A stretch of DNA of 64,000 nt from Chloroflexota bacterium (GTDB lineage Bacteria; Chloroflexota; UBA11872; VXOZ01), in NCBI GenBank assembly GCA_964291655.2, contig OZ219801.1, positions 128,001-192,000 of the forward strand, read 5' to 3'. Below are positions 29,274-41,669 of the stretch, one piece after another (the stretch's first letter is position 1; each line of letters begins with the position of its first letter). The notes under the pieces were generated by a model. That model was not told where the DNA came from, made no database searches, and was given only the letters and a program-made list of their open reading frames with translations. The translations under genes and the position numbers were made by a program.

Positions 29274-30467
29274 ATGAATATCCGTCCTGACGAACTCTTC
29301 GCTCACATTAAATCGGAAGAGTTGGTGGCACTTGCCGCCGGCCTCGCGCGAATTCCCAGTGAGATTCCCAACGAAGGCGCAATCGCTGAGTTTCTTGCTG
29401 CCGAGATGCGCAAGTCCGGCGCTTTCGATGAAGTGCAAATGCAAGATGTCGTAGCGGGCCGGCCCAACGTCATCGGCATAGTGCGGGGCAGCGGCGGTGG
29501 CCCGAATCTGCTGCTCAACGGCCACATCGATACGGGCGCGCCTGCAGGCGACTGGTCGCGTGACCCCTACGACGCGTACGAGGAAGACGGGTATCTCTAC
29601 GGGTTCGGGCTTACGGACATGAAAGGTGCGGTCGCCTGCTTGGTAAAGGCAGCCGAAGCGGTTGCGCGCGCTGACGTGCGCCCGACGGGGGACCTAGTTG
29701 TTACCGCAGTGGTGCACCATGACGTGTGCGGCTTGGGCACGAAGTTCTTTCTCGAGTCGAATGATCGGCCGTTCGCAATGTGCATCAACGGCGAACCGAC
29801 CGGACTGCGCCTCCAGCTCGCTCACGGCGGCGCCTGGCAGTTCGAATTGACGACCCACGGAATCGCCGAGCACATTAGCCGCCGCGATGGTGGTGTGGAT
29901 GCCACCAAGAAGATGATTAAACTGCTTGCCGCCTTGGACGAGAGCGCATTGACGTTTGATCCTGCCCAAGCCTTGGAAGGACTGCCCCGCCTCGTCGTCG
30001 GCCAAATCAACGGAGGAACCGCAGCTTCACGCACTGCCGACCATTGCACTGCCCGCGGCGATGTACGCATCGTTCCCGGCATGACCGCTGAGTCCTTGAC
30101 CGCTGATTTCAGGCGGGTGATGGCGGAGGTCGCAAAAGACGATCCGGAGTTTCGCGCCGATCTCCGCACCTTGGTGTACCAGCGCCCATTTCGCATTGAA
30201 CCCGACGCCTCGGTTGTGGCGCTTACGGCCCAGGCACACCGCGACGTAAATGGAGCAGAGCCCGAGACCTCAACCGGACTTCCGGTGTGCAGCTACGTCA
30301 CGGACTCCTCCGACATCGTGCGTCACGGAATCCCAACCGTAGTCTACGGCCCCAGCAATTGGCGCATGGTGCCGGACGAACGCATCAGCATCGCGGAAAT
30401 GGTAGCCGCCACGAAAGTCTACGCCCTTGCCGCGGCACGAGTTGTCACAGGTCAATATTCTGATTAG
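29274..30467 (+). CDS. M20 family metallo-hydrolase (ArgE/DapE-like)
   Basis: GRPNVIG, LLNGHIDT, GLTDMKG, NGEPT; the usual EE motif appears as VHHD. Confidence 0.85.
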   Translation: MNIRPDELFAHIKSEELVALAAGLARIPSEIPNEGAIAEFLAAEMRKSGAFDEVQMQDVVAGRPNVIGIVRGSGGGPNLLLNGHIDTGAPAGDWSRDPYDAYEEDGYLYGFGLTDMKGAVACLVKAAEAVARADVRPTGDLVVTAVVHHDVCGLGTKFFLESNDRPFAMCINGEPTGLRLQLAHGGAWQFELTTHGIAEHISRRDGGVDATKKMIKLLAALDESALTFDPAQALEGLPRLVVGQINGGTAASRTADHCTARGDVRIVPGMTAESLTADFRRVMAEVAKDDPEFRADLRTLVYQRPFRIEPDASVVALTAQAHRDVNGAEPETSTGLPVCSYVTDSSDIVRHGIPTVVYGPSNWRMVPDERISIAEMVAATKVYALAAARVVTGQYSD

Positions 30468-30479
30468 GCCGAACTAAAC

Positions 30480-30514
30480 CTAATCGCCTCAAGAGTAACT
30501 CTGGAGGCGATTAG
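30480..30514. terminator. Hairpin between convergent genes
   Basis: ctaatcgcctc-a-agag-taa-ctct-g-gaggcgattag. Confidence 0.55.
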
Positions 30515-30589
30515 CTTGTCCAGCCGCTCTGAACATGCGGGAATTGTGCCGTCATCTGGAAGCCGCTTCTTCCCCACGCACGTTGCGGA

Positions 30590-31519
30590 CTATGACTCGC
30601 TTCCATTGGTGCGCGGTTGGTTGGGAGTGGAGTCAACAATTCCGCTCAGACCTCCCGCCAACGTCGCCAGCTCCATGGGGAAGATCCACTTGGTGGAAGG
30701 ACTTTCGGCCATGTTCTGCAGCGTTTGCAGATACTGTATGAGCATTGTGTTGGAATCCACCGTTTGCGCGATTTGGAAAACATGGTTGATTGCGGTTGCG
30801 TAGCCCTCTGCGCGCAGCGATTGTGCCTGTTTCTCCGCCTCTGCACGCAGGATTGTGGCCTGCCGATCGCCTTCCGCCTTTAGGATTTCAGACTGTTTGG
30901 CGCCTTCTGCCACCAGGATCGCCGACTGCTTCTGACCGCCGGCCTCAGTGACCATGGCGCGCCGGTTACGTTCGGCGGACATCTGGCGGTTCATAGCGTC
31001 CTGCACGTCGCGCGGCGGCAGGATTTCGCGAATCTCCACCGTCGTTACCTTCACGCCCCAGCGCGCGGTCACTTCATCGAGCTTCGCACGGAGGATGTTG
31101 TTTATCTGCTCACGCTTCGCGAGCACGTCGTCCAGGGAAATATCGCCAATCACGGCGCGTAGGGTAGTAGTGGCTATACCTTGCGAGGCTCCCGCAAAGT
31201 TCGCCACCTGCACGACACTATCGGTGGGTTCCGTAACCTTCCAATAGATGAGAAAGTCAATGAGTATTGGCGCGTTATCTGAGGTAATGCAGCTCTGTTG
31301 CGGAATTTCGAGAAACTGCTCGCGCAGGTCGACGCGGACCGGCCGGTCGATGATGGGCCAGAGCCAGACGATCCCCGGTCCTCGCGGTTCGGACATAACG
31401 CGTCCCAGCCGAAAGACCACCAGCCGCTCATATTCCGCCACAATCTTGATGGCAGAATATAATAGCCAAAGTAAGAGAACTACCAGGACTACAATCAGAA
31501 CAATGAGTTGGCCATCCAT
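30590..31519 (-). CDS. SPFH/stomatin-like (band 7) protein
   Basis: N-terminal TM, EYERLVVFRLGR, TTLRAVIG, WGVKVTTVE, QMSAER. Confidence 0.93.
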   Translation of the reverse strand: MDGQLIVLIVVLVVLLLWLLYSAIKIVAEYERLVVFRLGRVMSEPRGPGIVWLWPIIDRPVRVDLREQFLEIPQQSCITSDNAPILIDFLIYWKVTEPTDSVVQVANFAGASQGIATTTLRAVIGDISLDDVLAKREQINNILRAKLDEVTARWGVKVTTVEIREILPPRDVQDAMNRQMSAERNRRAMVTEAGGQKQSAILVAEGAKQSEILKAEGDRQATILRAEAEKQAQSLRAEGYATAINHVFQIAQTVDSNTMLIQYLQTLQNMAESPSTKWIFPMELATLAGGLSGIVDSTPNQPRTNGSES

Positions 31520-31614
31520 AACAGGTTACCCTCTCTTTAGTGCACACTACATCCCGCTGATGTCCAGCCTGCCGAGCGGCTGCACCTCCTTAGTCCAAAC
31601 CGGCTTGCCCCGGA

Positions 31615-32952
31615 CTACATCGAAATCGCTGGAATCTCCGGCGCCGGCCCTACAACCAGTGCCAATCCGTCTACGTCATAGACCCAAATCTGATCCCCCT
31701 CCTGGACCGACGTGCCCATAGTTCTTGCCGACCACTCCTCACCGGCAACCCGGACAACACCCTCCGGGTCCAACGCCGTCAACGCCAGTCCTTCCTGCCC
31801 GACTATGCGCCGCTGGCCGCGGAATTGCTGGGGTTCATTCTGTGACTGAGCGGCAATTCTCAGCAGCAGAAGGAGAAAGGCGACTGTGAGCGCTACCATG
31901 AAGCCAAGCACCCATGGCGACACAAAGAACGGACCGCCAAACGGCGAGGTAAGCGGTTGATAGAGCAGGAGCGTCCCGAGCACGAGTGCAACTACACCGC
32001 CGATTCCAAGCACACCCAGGCCGGGATTCTGGGCCTCAAATGCAATCAATGCAGCGGCAACCAAGAGGAGCACCACGCCGCCCCAGTTGATGGGCAAGGT
32101 GCCGAACGCCACCAGCGCCAGTACGATGGCAATTGCTCCTACGACTGCCGGAACTATCGCCCCCGGGTTATAGAGCTCCGCAATTACAGCGTACAGTCCA
32201 ATTAAGAAGAGCAAGTAGGCGGTATTGGGGTTGAAAATGAACTTGAGCACCTGCTCCGCAAAATTGTATTCCATCTCCCGCAAAGGTGCGCCTGCTACGA
32301 CCAGCGTGCGTGTCCACGTAGGCGTTTGCACCTGGCGGCCGTCAAGCTTTGCGAGAAGGTCGGGCAAGTCTCGCGCAATCAAGTCTACGACATCCGACTT
32401 TACCGCTTCCTCTGCAGTCATCGTCTGACTGGAGCGAACCGCCTGTTCTGCCCACTCGGCGTTCCGGTCCCGCAATTCTGCCAGACTGCGGATATATGCC
32501 ACCGCTTCGTTCGTCACCTTGTCATTCATGTCGCCCATGATCTGCCCGCCGCCTGCGGAGACCGGATGGGCAGCGCCAATGTCAGTGCCCGGGGCCATTA
32601 CGGCCACGTGCGCCGCCATCGCCAAGAATACGCCGGCACTCGCAGCACGGCCTCCCTGCGGATAGACGAATACGACCACCGGCACAGGCGACATGAGCAT
32701 GTCCTGCACCATCGCCCGCATCGAGGAATCCAGACCACCGGGGGTATCGAGGAGGACGATGAGCACTTCCGCCTGGTCGGCAACAGCGCGATTGACCGCG
32801 CGGGCGAAGAGCTGCTCAGAGGCAGGATCGATGGCGCCGGAAATCCTCACGGTGTCCACCGTACCCACGCGCTCTTGGGCAAGGGCCCCTTCAACCGATA
32901 GGAGGCCCGCAACTAGCACGATGATGCCCAGCAGTACTCTTCGCATCGCCAC
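31615..32952 (-). CDS. nfeD: NfeD family membrane serine protease (long form)
   Basis: LDTPGGL, RAASAG, PGTDIGAAHPV, C-terminal OB-like GEEWSAR; adjacent to an SPFH gene. Confidence 0.92.
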   Translation of the reverse strand: MAMRRVLLGIIVLVAGLLSVEGALAQERVGTVDTVRISGAIDPASEQLFARAVNRAVADQAEVLIVLLDTPGGLDSSMRAMVQDMLMSPVPVVVFVYPQGGRAASAGVFLAMAAHVAVMAPGTDIGAAHPVSAGGGQIMGDMNDKVTNEAVAYIRSLAELRDRNAEWAEQAVRSSQTMTAEEAVKSDVVDLIARDLPDLLAKLDGRQVQTPTWTRTLVVAGAPLREMEYNFAEQVLKFIFNPNTAYLLFLIGLYAVIAELYNPGAIVPAVVGAIAIVLALVAFGTLPINWGGVVLLLVAAALIAFEAQNPGLGVLGIGGVVALVLGTLLLYQPLTSPFGGPFFVSPWVLGFMVALTVAFLLLLLRIAAQSQNEPQQFRGQRRIVGQEGLALTALDPEGVVRVAGEEWSARTMGTSVQEGDQIWVYDVDGLALVVGPAPEIPAISM

Positions 32953-33182
32953 TCCTCCCCAACCTTTAACTTCATTATACTCCCGCCCAATGGCTAACGA
33001 ACCCCTATTCGCTCCCCCTGTCGCATCGCGCTTGCCCGCTCTTGCTGCCTCACTACCTATCTGTCACGATGGAAGGGAGATTGGGCTGCTGGCAGGGATT
33101 TCGAAATGTTGGCACCGCCCGTCCCAAGCGGCCAGTACACTGAAATACATGCCTTCTATTGCTTTGATCAGAAAGACAAGAT

Positions 33183-35216
<2,034 letters not shown>

Positions 35217-35262
35217 GCCCTCTTCAGTCTCCCCTTTTCGCACGGACCTACGATATACAAAG

Positions 35263-35340
35263 GGGGCACGACATGTCGTGCCCCTACCGAGTGTTACCTG
35301 CCGGTCAGTTCCGTCATTCCGGCGAAAGCCGGAATCCAGA
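35263..35340. repeat. Two palindromic repeats (REP-like and GTCATTCCGGCGAAAGCCGGAATCC)
   Basis: ggggcacgacatgtcgtgcccctac (GTAG-REP on the minus strand); ccgtcattccggcgaaagccggaatcc. Confidence 0.7.
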
Positions 35341-35452
35341 TGCCTCAAATTGGGAAAACATCCTCGCCCGTCACTTCCGTAGAAGAGGGTGCCCATCCTT
35401 GTCTCACAGTCAGCAATGCTTCTTCGGCGAAGCAGCGCAATTGCCATGGGCC

Positions 35453-36175
35453 CTACATCATGCTGCGCGCGACGTTCCCTCCGTAGGCAGACTCACCGCG
35501 CACGAGAAGCCTATAGGGATCCTGCACCCCGGCGAGTTCATCCACACTGACGTACCCCATCGTCATGCTCGTGCGCGTGCCGGTGGTCACATTCGTGCCA
35601 ACGCGGTGAAAAATCTGGCTGTCGATTACGGCCAGGCCGCCGGCCGGGCTCGGCACCGGAACTTCCTGTCTAATGATTTCGTCAGTTATGACGTCTTCGA
35701 CGCTCGACTTCGTGCCGATATTCTGAATCCAATTGAAGAGGTGAGTACCGGGCACAACGTGGGTGCAGCCGTTGTCGACGGTGGCTTCTTCCACGTAGAA
35801 CAACACCGTTACGATATCGCGCGTCCACTGGAGCACGTCGCGGTGCAGCTCCGTGCGACCGCGTGACGGGGGATTGAGCGTGGCATGGTTATGCCGGTTT
35901 GTAATGAGCTCGATGTTTGGACCCAAGAGCGACTCCAAGGAGTCGAGCACAAGCGGGCTGGTCGCGACTTCTCGAAAGATCGGGTCACGATCGAGTACCT
36001 GTGAGAGCCGGATCACGTCTCCATTCTTATCGCGGACGTACGGCTCAACCTCATTCCCTACATCATTCTGGATGGCTTCCTTGAGGCGTGCCACTGTCGC
36101 GTCGGACATGCGACCCGGCAGACGCAGGAAGCCATTGTGGCGGAAGAGCTTAACTTGATCGTCAGAAAGCGCCAT
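35453..36175 (-). CDS. Phytanoyl-CoA dioxygenase (PhyH) family protein
   Basis: FRHNGFL, LHRD (HxD), NGCTHVVPGTH, FHRVGTN..R. Confidence 0.9.
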   Translation of the reverse strand: MALSDDQVKLFRHNGFLRLPGRMSDATVARLKEAIQNDVGNEVEPYVRDKNGDVIRLSQVLDRDPIFREVATSPLVLDSLESLLGPNIELITNRHNHATLNPPSRGRTELHRDVLQWTRDIVTVLFYVEEATVDNGCTHVVPGTHLFNWIQNIGTKSSVEDVITDEIIRQEVPVPSPAGGLAVIDSQIFHRVGTNVTTGTRTSMTMGYVSVDELAGVQDPYRLLVRGESAYGGNVARSMM

Positions 36176-36317
36176 GCTTGCACTCCTCTAGGTACTTGAC
36201 TCGGCGTTAGCAGTATTATCTATGTTACACAGGCACAATGATACGCTTCATTCCACTAACGCGCACCTGTACCGCCAAGCCGCGTACGATGCGTGCACAC
36301 CTCAACCCATTCGATTG

Positions 36318-36358
36318 AAATAAAACCACCCGCCCTGCGAATTGGCAGGGCGGGTGGT
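36318..36358 (-). terminator. Intrinsic terminator of the solute-binding protein gene
   Basis: 14-bp stem accacccgccctgc/gcagggcgggtggt with a T-rich tail on the minus strand. Confidence 0.8.
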
Positions 36359-36392
36359 AATTTGCGCTGAACAAGCTTGGCTGGACTGTGAT

Positions 36393-37784
36393 TTACCCGT
36401 CGATGCGGGCCTTCCACTCGTCGAGAATTGCCTGCATGTCGTGCTCGGCTGACGCCAAGCCTTCCTGTGGCGTTACCTTGCCCGAGGTCACGTCGTCGAC
36501 CAACGGGATCCGCCAGCGTCGACGCAAGGCCTCGGCTCCAGGTATACCCACGTTACCCACGCGATGCGGGATCATCTCGTTTTGCAGCAGCAAGAACGGA
36601 TCATTCTCGTGGAATTCCGCCGAGTGGGTTACGTCAATGCGAATAGGAATACGGTCGTAGCGTTTGGCGAATAGGAGGTTCCACTCGGGTCGGGCCCCAA
36701 ACTCAATGAACGCCCAGCCGCCGTCCGGGTTGGCAGCACTATTGCCAATGTGCCAGGTGTGCGTGCCACCCCAGGTCGCGTGCTTATCCGTCTCACGCGG
36801 ACGCGGATACGGCATGAAGTGGAACGTGAGATCCGGCGCATTCACGCGCAGCCACTCGCCGCGTTCGGCGTAGGTAGCCCAATAGTTGGCGATCCGGCCG
36901 TCATTGAAGTGGACGTTGGACTGAATGCCCTGGCCTCTAAGCTGCTGGACATTATCCCAGCCGCCCTGGAGATCGAAGATCTTCTTCAGCCACGTGAGCG
37001 CCTCCACCGCCTCAGGGCTGTTGATCGTAACCGTCCAGCGGTCCTCGCTAAAGCGCGAGCCGCCGAGTTGGGTCAGAGGAACGATCCACTCGTTGTGGCC
37101 GCCGCTGCCCCAGAACGGCGCATAGCCGGAGACGGTGAGCTTGCCGCCCGCATCCACCTTAGACGTCTTGGTGACTACCTCTTCCATCTCATCCCAGTAT
37201 TGGGGCGGATTCTCCGGATCGAGCCCCGCTTCCAGGTAGCTCTCTGTCCGCATATACATGACACGCAGGTCGGGAGAATAGGAGAAGCCGTAGAGCTTGC
37301 CGTCCCAGTAATTCTCTTGGAAAAGAGATCCCCAGAACGCGCTCATGTCAACGTTGGACGCCTTGACGCGCGGCAAGAGGTCGGTTGCCACACCGGTGAG
37401 ACCCCACTCCGGCGAGAACCAGTCGCCACCTGAGGCAACGTCCGGCGAAGAGCCTGCCGCAGCCGCGGTTGCAATGGTGTTCCACAGACTGGCCGGCGTG
37501 GAACCCACAACGCGGACTTTGTTGTCGTATGCCTCGCGGAACGCATTGGAAATTTCGCCACCCGTGTCGGTGCCAAAGTCGTACTTGGTGGGACTCCAGA
37601 CCGTCACCACGCCTTCAACTGCGCCCGGCTCCGTCATGGCTTCAGGCGCTTTGGCTTCCGGCTCGGCATCATCGGCCGCCGGAGCTGCCGCCGGCTGCAC
37701 ACCGCAGGCTGCAGCCAAGAGCGTAGTGGCGCCAATTCCTGTTGCCGCCAGGAAACCGCGTCGCGAAATGTGCGCTGCTTTCAC
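36393..37784 (-). CDS. Sugar-type ABC transporter solute-binding lipoprotein (Tat-exported)
   Basis: SRRGFL Tat motif, LAAACG lipobox, WDGKLYG, AGLDPENPPQYWDE. Confidence 0.88.
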   Translation of the reverse strand: MKAAHISRRGFLAATGIGATTLLAAACGVQPAAAPAADDAEPEAKAPEAMTEPGAVEGVVTVWSPTKYDFGTDTGGEISNAFREAYDNKVRVVGSTPASLWNTIATAAAAGSSPDVASGGDWFSPEWGLTGVATDLLPRVKASNVDMSAFWGSLFQENYWDGKLYGFSYSPDLRVMYMRTESYLEAGLDPENPPQYWDEMEEVVTKTSKVDAGGKLTVSGYAPFWGSGGHNEWIVPLTQLGGSRFSEDRWTVTINSPEAVEALTWLKKIFDLQGGWDNVQQLRGQGIQSNVHFNDGRIANYWATYAERGEWLRVNAPDLTFHFMPYPRPRETDKHATWGGTHTWHIGNSAANPDGGWAFIEFGARPEWNLLFAKRYDRIPIRIDVTHSAEFHENDPFLLLQNEMIPHRVGNVGIPGAEALRRRWRIPLVDDVTSGKVTPQEGLASAEHDMQAILDEWKARIDG

Positions 37785-38036
37785 TGTGCCCCTCCTTGCT
37801 TAAGGGTCTACTTTTTCACCGACACAACAGTACCACTCTAGTGAGGATGTAGTCAATAACCTTGCGTATACTCAGAGTCTCATAATCAAAGCGCTTCCTC
37901 TGTCAAACTGAAATGCTGGCCGCCGTACACGCACGTGTACCGCGAGCCGGTGATTTGCCTAGGTATGTACCCACAAACGTACCATTGGTATAATGTCTCT
38001 GATATCCCCCGAACACTCATGGACCAGCCAGGGCTT

Positions 38037-38963
38037 ATGCGGAAACTATTCAGCAATCAAGAGCGGCGGTTTGGCTTTTTGCCGGGACGGCAACAGCAGC
38101 CTGAGTTACCTGATGAACTTTGGGAAAAGTGCGCTGGCTGCGGCGAGATGATCTATGCGGCAGAATTCGAGCAGAATGCTCATGTCTGTCCAAAGTGCGA
38201 TCACCATGCCCGCCTGAGTGCTCGCAAGCGTGTCGCCTACCTTCTCGACGAGGGCTCTTTTGCCGAACGCGACAATGGAATGCGCTCGCGTGACATTCTG
38301 GGCTTCGAGCGGCCTGACCGCAGCTACGAACAAAAGCTTGCAGATGAAGCGGACAAAGCCGGCATTCCGGAATCAGTAGTCTACGGTACCGGCACGGTAC
38401 GAGGCGAAGACGTGGTGCTGGCCGTCATTGACACAAATTTCTTCATGGCGACAATGGGCTCGGTGGTCGGCGAGAAGATTACCCGGGCAATCGAGCTCGC
38501 CACGATAACGCGCACGCCGTTGATCATCGTATCGGCATCCGCCGGCGCACGCATGGAAGAAGGCATGTTTTCCCTCATGCAGATGGCTAAGACATCCGCC
38601 GCCTTGACTCGGCTGCACGAGGCGCGCGTACTCTACGTCTCTATCCTTACCGATCCCACGCTTGCGGGTGTTACCGCCAGTTTCGCGACGCTTGCCGATG
38701 TGATTGTCGCCGAGCCACAGGCCACGATAGGCTTTACCGGTCCGCGCCTCATTGAACAGATCACGCACGCCAAGTTGCCGGCAGGGACACACTCGGCAGA
38801 ATTCATGCTCGAGCGCGGCATGGTGGACTGTATTGTGCCGCGGGCAGACCTGCGGCGTACGCTCGCCCGCTTGATAGGCCTATACTCCCACCAGACATCG
38901 GACCCCCGCACCGACGTTGTGCCGCCGACAAACGGCAGCACGCCAGCAGAAACAGTTACCTAG
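38037..38963 (+). CDS. accD: Acetyl-CoA carboxylase carboxyltransferase beta subunit
   Basis: LWEKCAGC..CPKC zinc finger, MGSVVGEKI, GARMEEG, SLMQMAKTS; start uncertain. Confidence 0.95.
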   Translation: MRKLFSNQERRFGFLPGRQQQPELPDELWEKCAGCGEMIYAAEFEQNAHVCPKCDHHARLSARKRVAYLLDEGSFAERDNGMRSRDILGFERPDRSYEQKLADEADKAGIPESVVYGTGTVRGEDVVLAVIDTNFFMATMGSVVGEKITRAIELATITRTPLIIVSASAGARMEEGMFSLMQMAKTSAALTRLHEARVLYVSILTDPTLAGVTASFATLADVIVAEPQATIGFTGPRLIEQITHAKLPAGTHSAEFMLERGMVDCIVPRADLRRTLARLIGLYSHQTSDPRTDVVPPTNGSTPAETVT

Positions 38964-38965
38964 CC

Positions 38966-39916
38966 ATGGCGTACGAGTTCGAACAAGCACTTGTAGACCT
39001 GCGCGAACGCATCGACTCAATGGAAGCCGATCTCAAGAACGGTGCTCCGGCCGACGCGGCGCAAGCGGTAAAGGCGCTCCGCACCGAGCTTGAGCGTCAG
39101 ACCGTTGATGTCTTCGCGAATCTCTCGCCGTGGGACCGGGTGCAGCTTGCCCGCCATTCGCAGCGACCGCGGTCACTGGATTTCATCCGCTACGCCTTTT
39201 CCGACTTTGTGGAACTCCACGGTGATCGCCACTACGGTGACGATCTGGCGATAGTCGGCGGTCCTGCCCGCCTTGGCGACACGCCGGTTATGGTAATAGG
39301 ACATCAGAAGGGCAAGGACGCCAAAGACAACCAGCAACGTAATTTTGGCATGGCGCACCCGGAAGGCTTCCGCAAGGCGCGGCGCCTCATGCTGCAGGCG
39401 GAGAAGTTCCGGCTGCCGCTCTTCACGTTTCTCGATATTCCCGGCGCCAGTCCGTTTCTGGCTGATGAGGAGCGCGGCCAAGCGTGGGCCATTGCCGAAA
39501 ACCTGCTGACGATGAGCCAATTGCGGACGCCAATCATCGTTACCGTCATCGGAGAGGGCGGCAGCGGCGGGGCCTTGGCGCTCGGCATCGGTGACCGCGT
39601 GCTCATGCTGGAATTCAGCATGTATTCGGTCGCCTCACCGGAAGGGGCAGCTTCCATTGTCTGGAAGGATTCCAAGTTTGCGCCGGAAGCGGCTGGCTCC
39701 TTGAAGCCATTTGCCCAGGACTTGGCAAAACTCGGCATTATCCACCGCATTGTACCGGAACCGGTCGGCGGCGCCCACGTGGACCCGCGCGATGCAGCAC
39801 AAATGCTCAAGTCCGCCCTGGTAGAAGAGCTAATCGCGCTCCAGGAGCTCTCGCTCCCCAGTCTCATAGACCGTCGCTACGAGTTCTATCGCTCGCTCGG
39901 CGTTGTGATTCCGTAG
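38966..39916 (+). CDS. accA: Acetyl-CoA carboxylase carboxyltransferase alpha subunit
   Basis: WDRVQLARH, ELHGDR, NFGMAHPEGFRKA, GEGGSGGALA, SPEGAASI. Confidence 0.95.
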   Translation: MAYEFEQALVDLRERIDSMEADLKNGAPADAAQAVKALRTELERQTVDVFANLSPWDRVQLARHSQRPRSLDFIRYAFSDFVELHGDRHYGDDLAIVGGPARLGDTPVMVIGHQKGKDAKDNQQRNFGMAHPEGFRKARRLMLQAEKFRLPLFTFLDIPGASPFLADEERGQAWAIAENLLTMSQLRTPIIVTVIGEGGSGGALALGIGDRVLMLEFSMYSVASPEGAASIVWKDSKFAPEAAGSLKPFAQDLAKLGIIHRIVPEPVGGAHVDPRDAAQMLKSALVEELIALQELSLPSLIDRRYEFYRSLGVVIP

Positions 39917-40171
39917 CAGGGCCAACCGCTCACTCGCCGGACGCCCGGCTCTCGAGCCGGATTTACTCTGCGCGAAAACCTGCTCTACACGCCGAATCTC
40001 CCCCCGCCGACTGGTTGCCCGGCTGGGGCGATTCGCCGTGACAGTTCTGGGGGGCTACCTCTAACGGACTCTGGGGCCGGCTACTGCGGGTGCGACGGCT
40101 TACCTACAGCGCAGATTCTCCAGTCGAACCGATGCCATCCCGCCATGTCTGATCCAGCCTGCGCCGCAAGG

Positions 40172-41134
40172 CTAATTGGACGGATTACTCAATTCCCAAC
40201 GCAGCGCACCTTCCAGGGCGGGCTCCTCCCAGCGGAATCCTAACGCATCGAGACGGGCGGGAAGCGCCGCCTGCCCTTTGAGAATGAGTTGCTCCCCCAT
40301 CTCTCCGTACAAGGCGCTGATCGCAAAACTCGGCACGCGCGCGAACGCAGGTCGCCGCAGCACAGTCGCCAGGGCGTGGGTAAACTCCCGGTTGGTGGTC
40401 GGCTGGGGGGCCACCACGTTGATGGGTCCTAGCGCCTCCTTGGAACACACAAGGAAGTAGAGCGCGCCTATCGCGTCATCCATTCCGACCCAACTCATCG
40501 GCTGAGAACCGCTACCAACTACCCCACCTGCCCCCATGCGAAACAGCGGCAACAATCGCTTAAGCAGTCCACCCTGTGGGCTGAGAACCGCACCCAAGCG
40601 TGCATGTGCCACACGGATACCCGCATCCCTCGCCGGAGCGGCGGCATGCTCCCATGCGTCAGTCAGCTCCGCCAAGAATCCGTTACCCACCGGCGCAGAT
40701 TCGTCAACCTGATCCGCCGTGTCGCCGTAGTAGCCAACTGCTGATGCCGCCACCAAGACCGCCGGAGGCTGCGACAGTCCGGCCAAAGCGCCGCACAATA
40801 ATTCCGTGGCCTGAACGCGACTCTGCCAGATCCTGCCGCGCCGCGCCGCGGTCCAGCGCCCAGCGCCAATATTCTCACCCGCCAGGTGGATTACTGCGTC
40901 AAAGCCCTCCAGAGCCGACGCATCGATCTTCCCTGCGGCGGGGTCCCAGGAAATCTCAGCCGGCGCCGCAGCCGACCTACGTACCAGCCTGCACACCTCA
41001 TGGCCCCCACTCTCAAGAAACGGGACGAGCGTGGCGCCAATCAAACCGGACGCGCCCGTTACCAGTACTCGCTGCGGACTATCCGGACCGTGGGAAAGCC
41101 GGGCGAGATTTCGCCGTGACCGTTCTGGTGTCAT
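40172..41134 (-). CDS. TIGR01777 family NAD-dependent epimerase/oxidoreductase
   Basis: VLVTGASGLIG, IHLAGENIG, SAVGYYG, GSGSQPMSWV. Confidence 0.9.
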   Translation of the reverse strand: MTPERSRRNLARLSHGPDSPQRVLVTGASGLIGATLVPFLESGGHEVCRLVRRSAAAPAEISWDPAAGKIDASALEGFDAVIHLAGENIGAGRWTAARRGRIWQSRVQATELLCGALAGLSQPPAVLVAASAVGYYGDTADQVDESAPVGNGFLAELTDAWEHAAAPARDAGIRVAHARLGAVLSPQGGLLKRLLPLFRMGAGGVVGSGSQPMSWVGMDDAIGALYFLVCSKEALGPINVVAPQPTTNREFTHALATVLRRPAFARVPSFAISALYGEMGEQLILKGQAALPARLDALGFRWEEPALEGALRWELSNPSN

Positions 41135-41143
41135 ATCAAAGGC

Positions 41144-41407
41144 CTATTCTACTTTTCGTTGCGATGTCGCGCGACCAACGAGAGCCACCGTCCTGCTCGG
41201 TAAATCTTCGGTCCGGCCAGTCATCTCAGACTGCGACTCCACGGTCAACCGGTTGCCGAATTCTTGGGGAGAATCGTAGTTTTCATTTCCCAGCGCAAAA
41301 GGAATGCAAAGCGGACCGACGCGGAACTGCCTCTCAAGCCATGCCCAAGCCACTTCCAGGCCGTGTGGATGTGCTCTTGACCGTTCGTATACTTTCACTT
41401 TGGACAT
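41144..41407 (-). pseudogene. Eroded SRPBCC domain, in frame with the TIGR01777 gene
   Basis: YERS..AWAWLER / FRVGPL / LVGRATSQRKVE resemble the SRPBCC N-terminus of fused homologues; separated only by TAG at 41144-41146. Confidence 0.55.
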
Positions 41408-41669
41408 AGCTATAGGGCCTTGCTCCGGAGAGCAACCGTCCCAAGAAGCGCCCATCCCTTCCTGTCCAGCGGCCAGTCTAGGTGCGAACCCACACCAAGC
41501 CCAAGATCGCCGCCTAGGCCTTTTGCAGCGCGCTCACATTGTTAGAATTATGCTCCCTGCTCAAGCGCTGCGGCAGAGCCTGGAAACCCACACAGCACTT
41601 TGCAAATACTCTTAAGCTGCTCATCTTCGAGCAACTCGGAGTAATCTTTCTCCACAAGCTGCCAGATTC

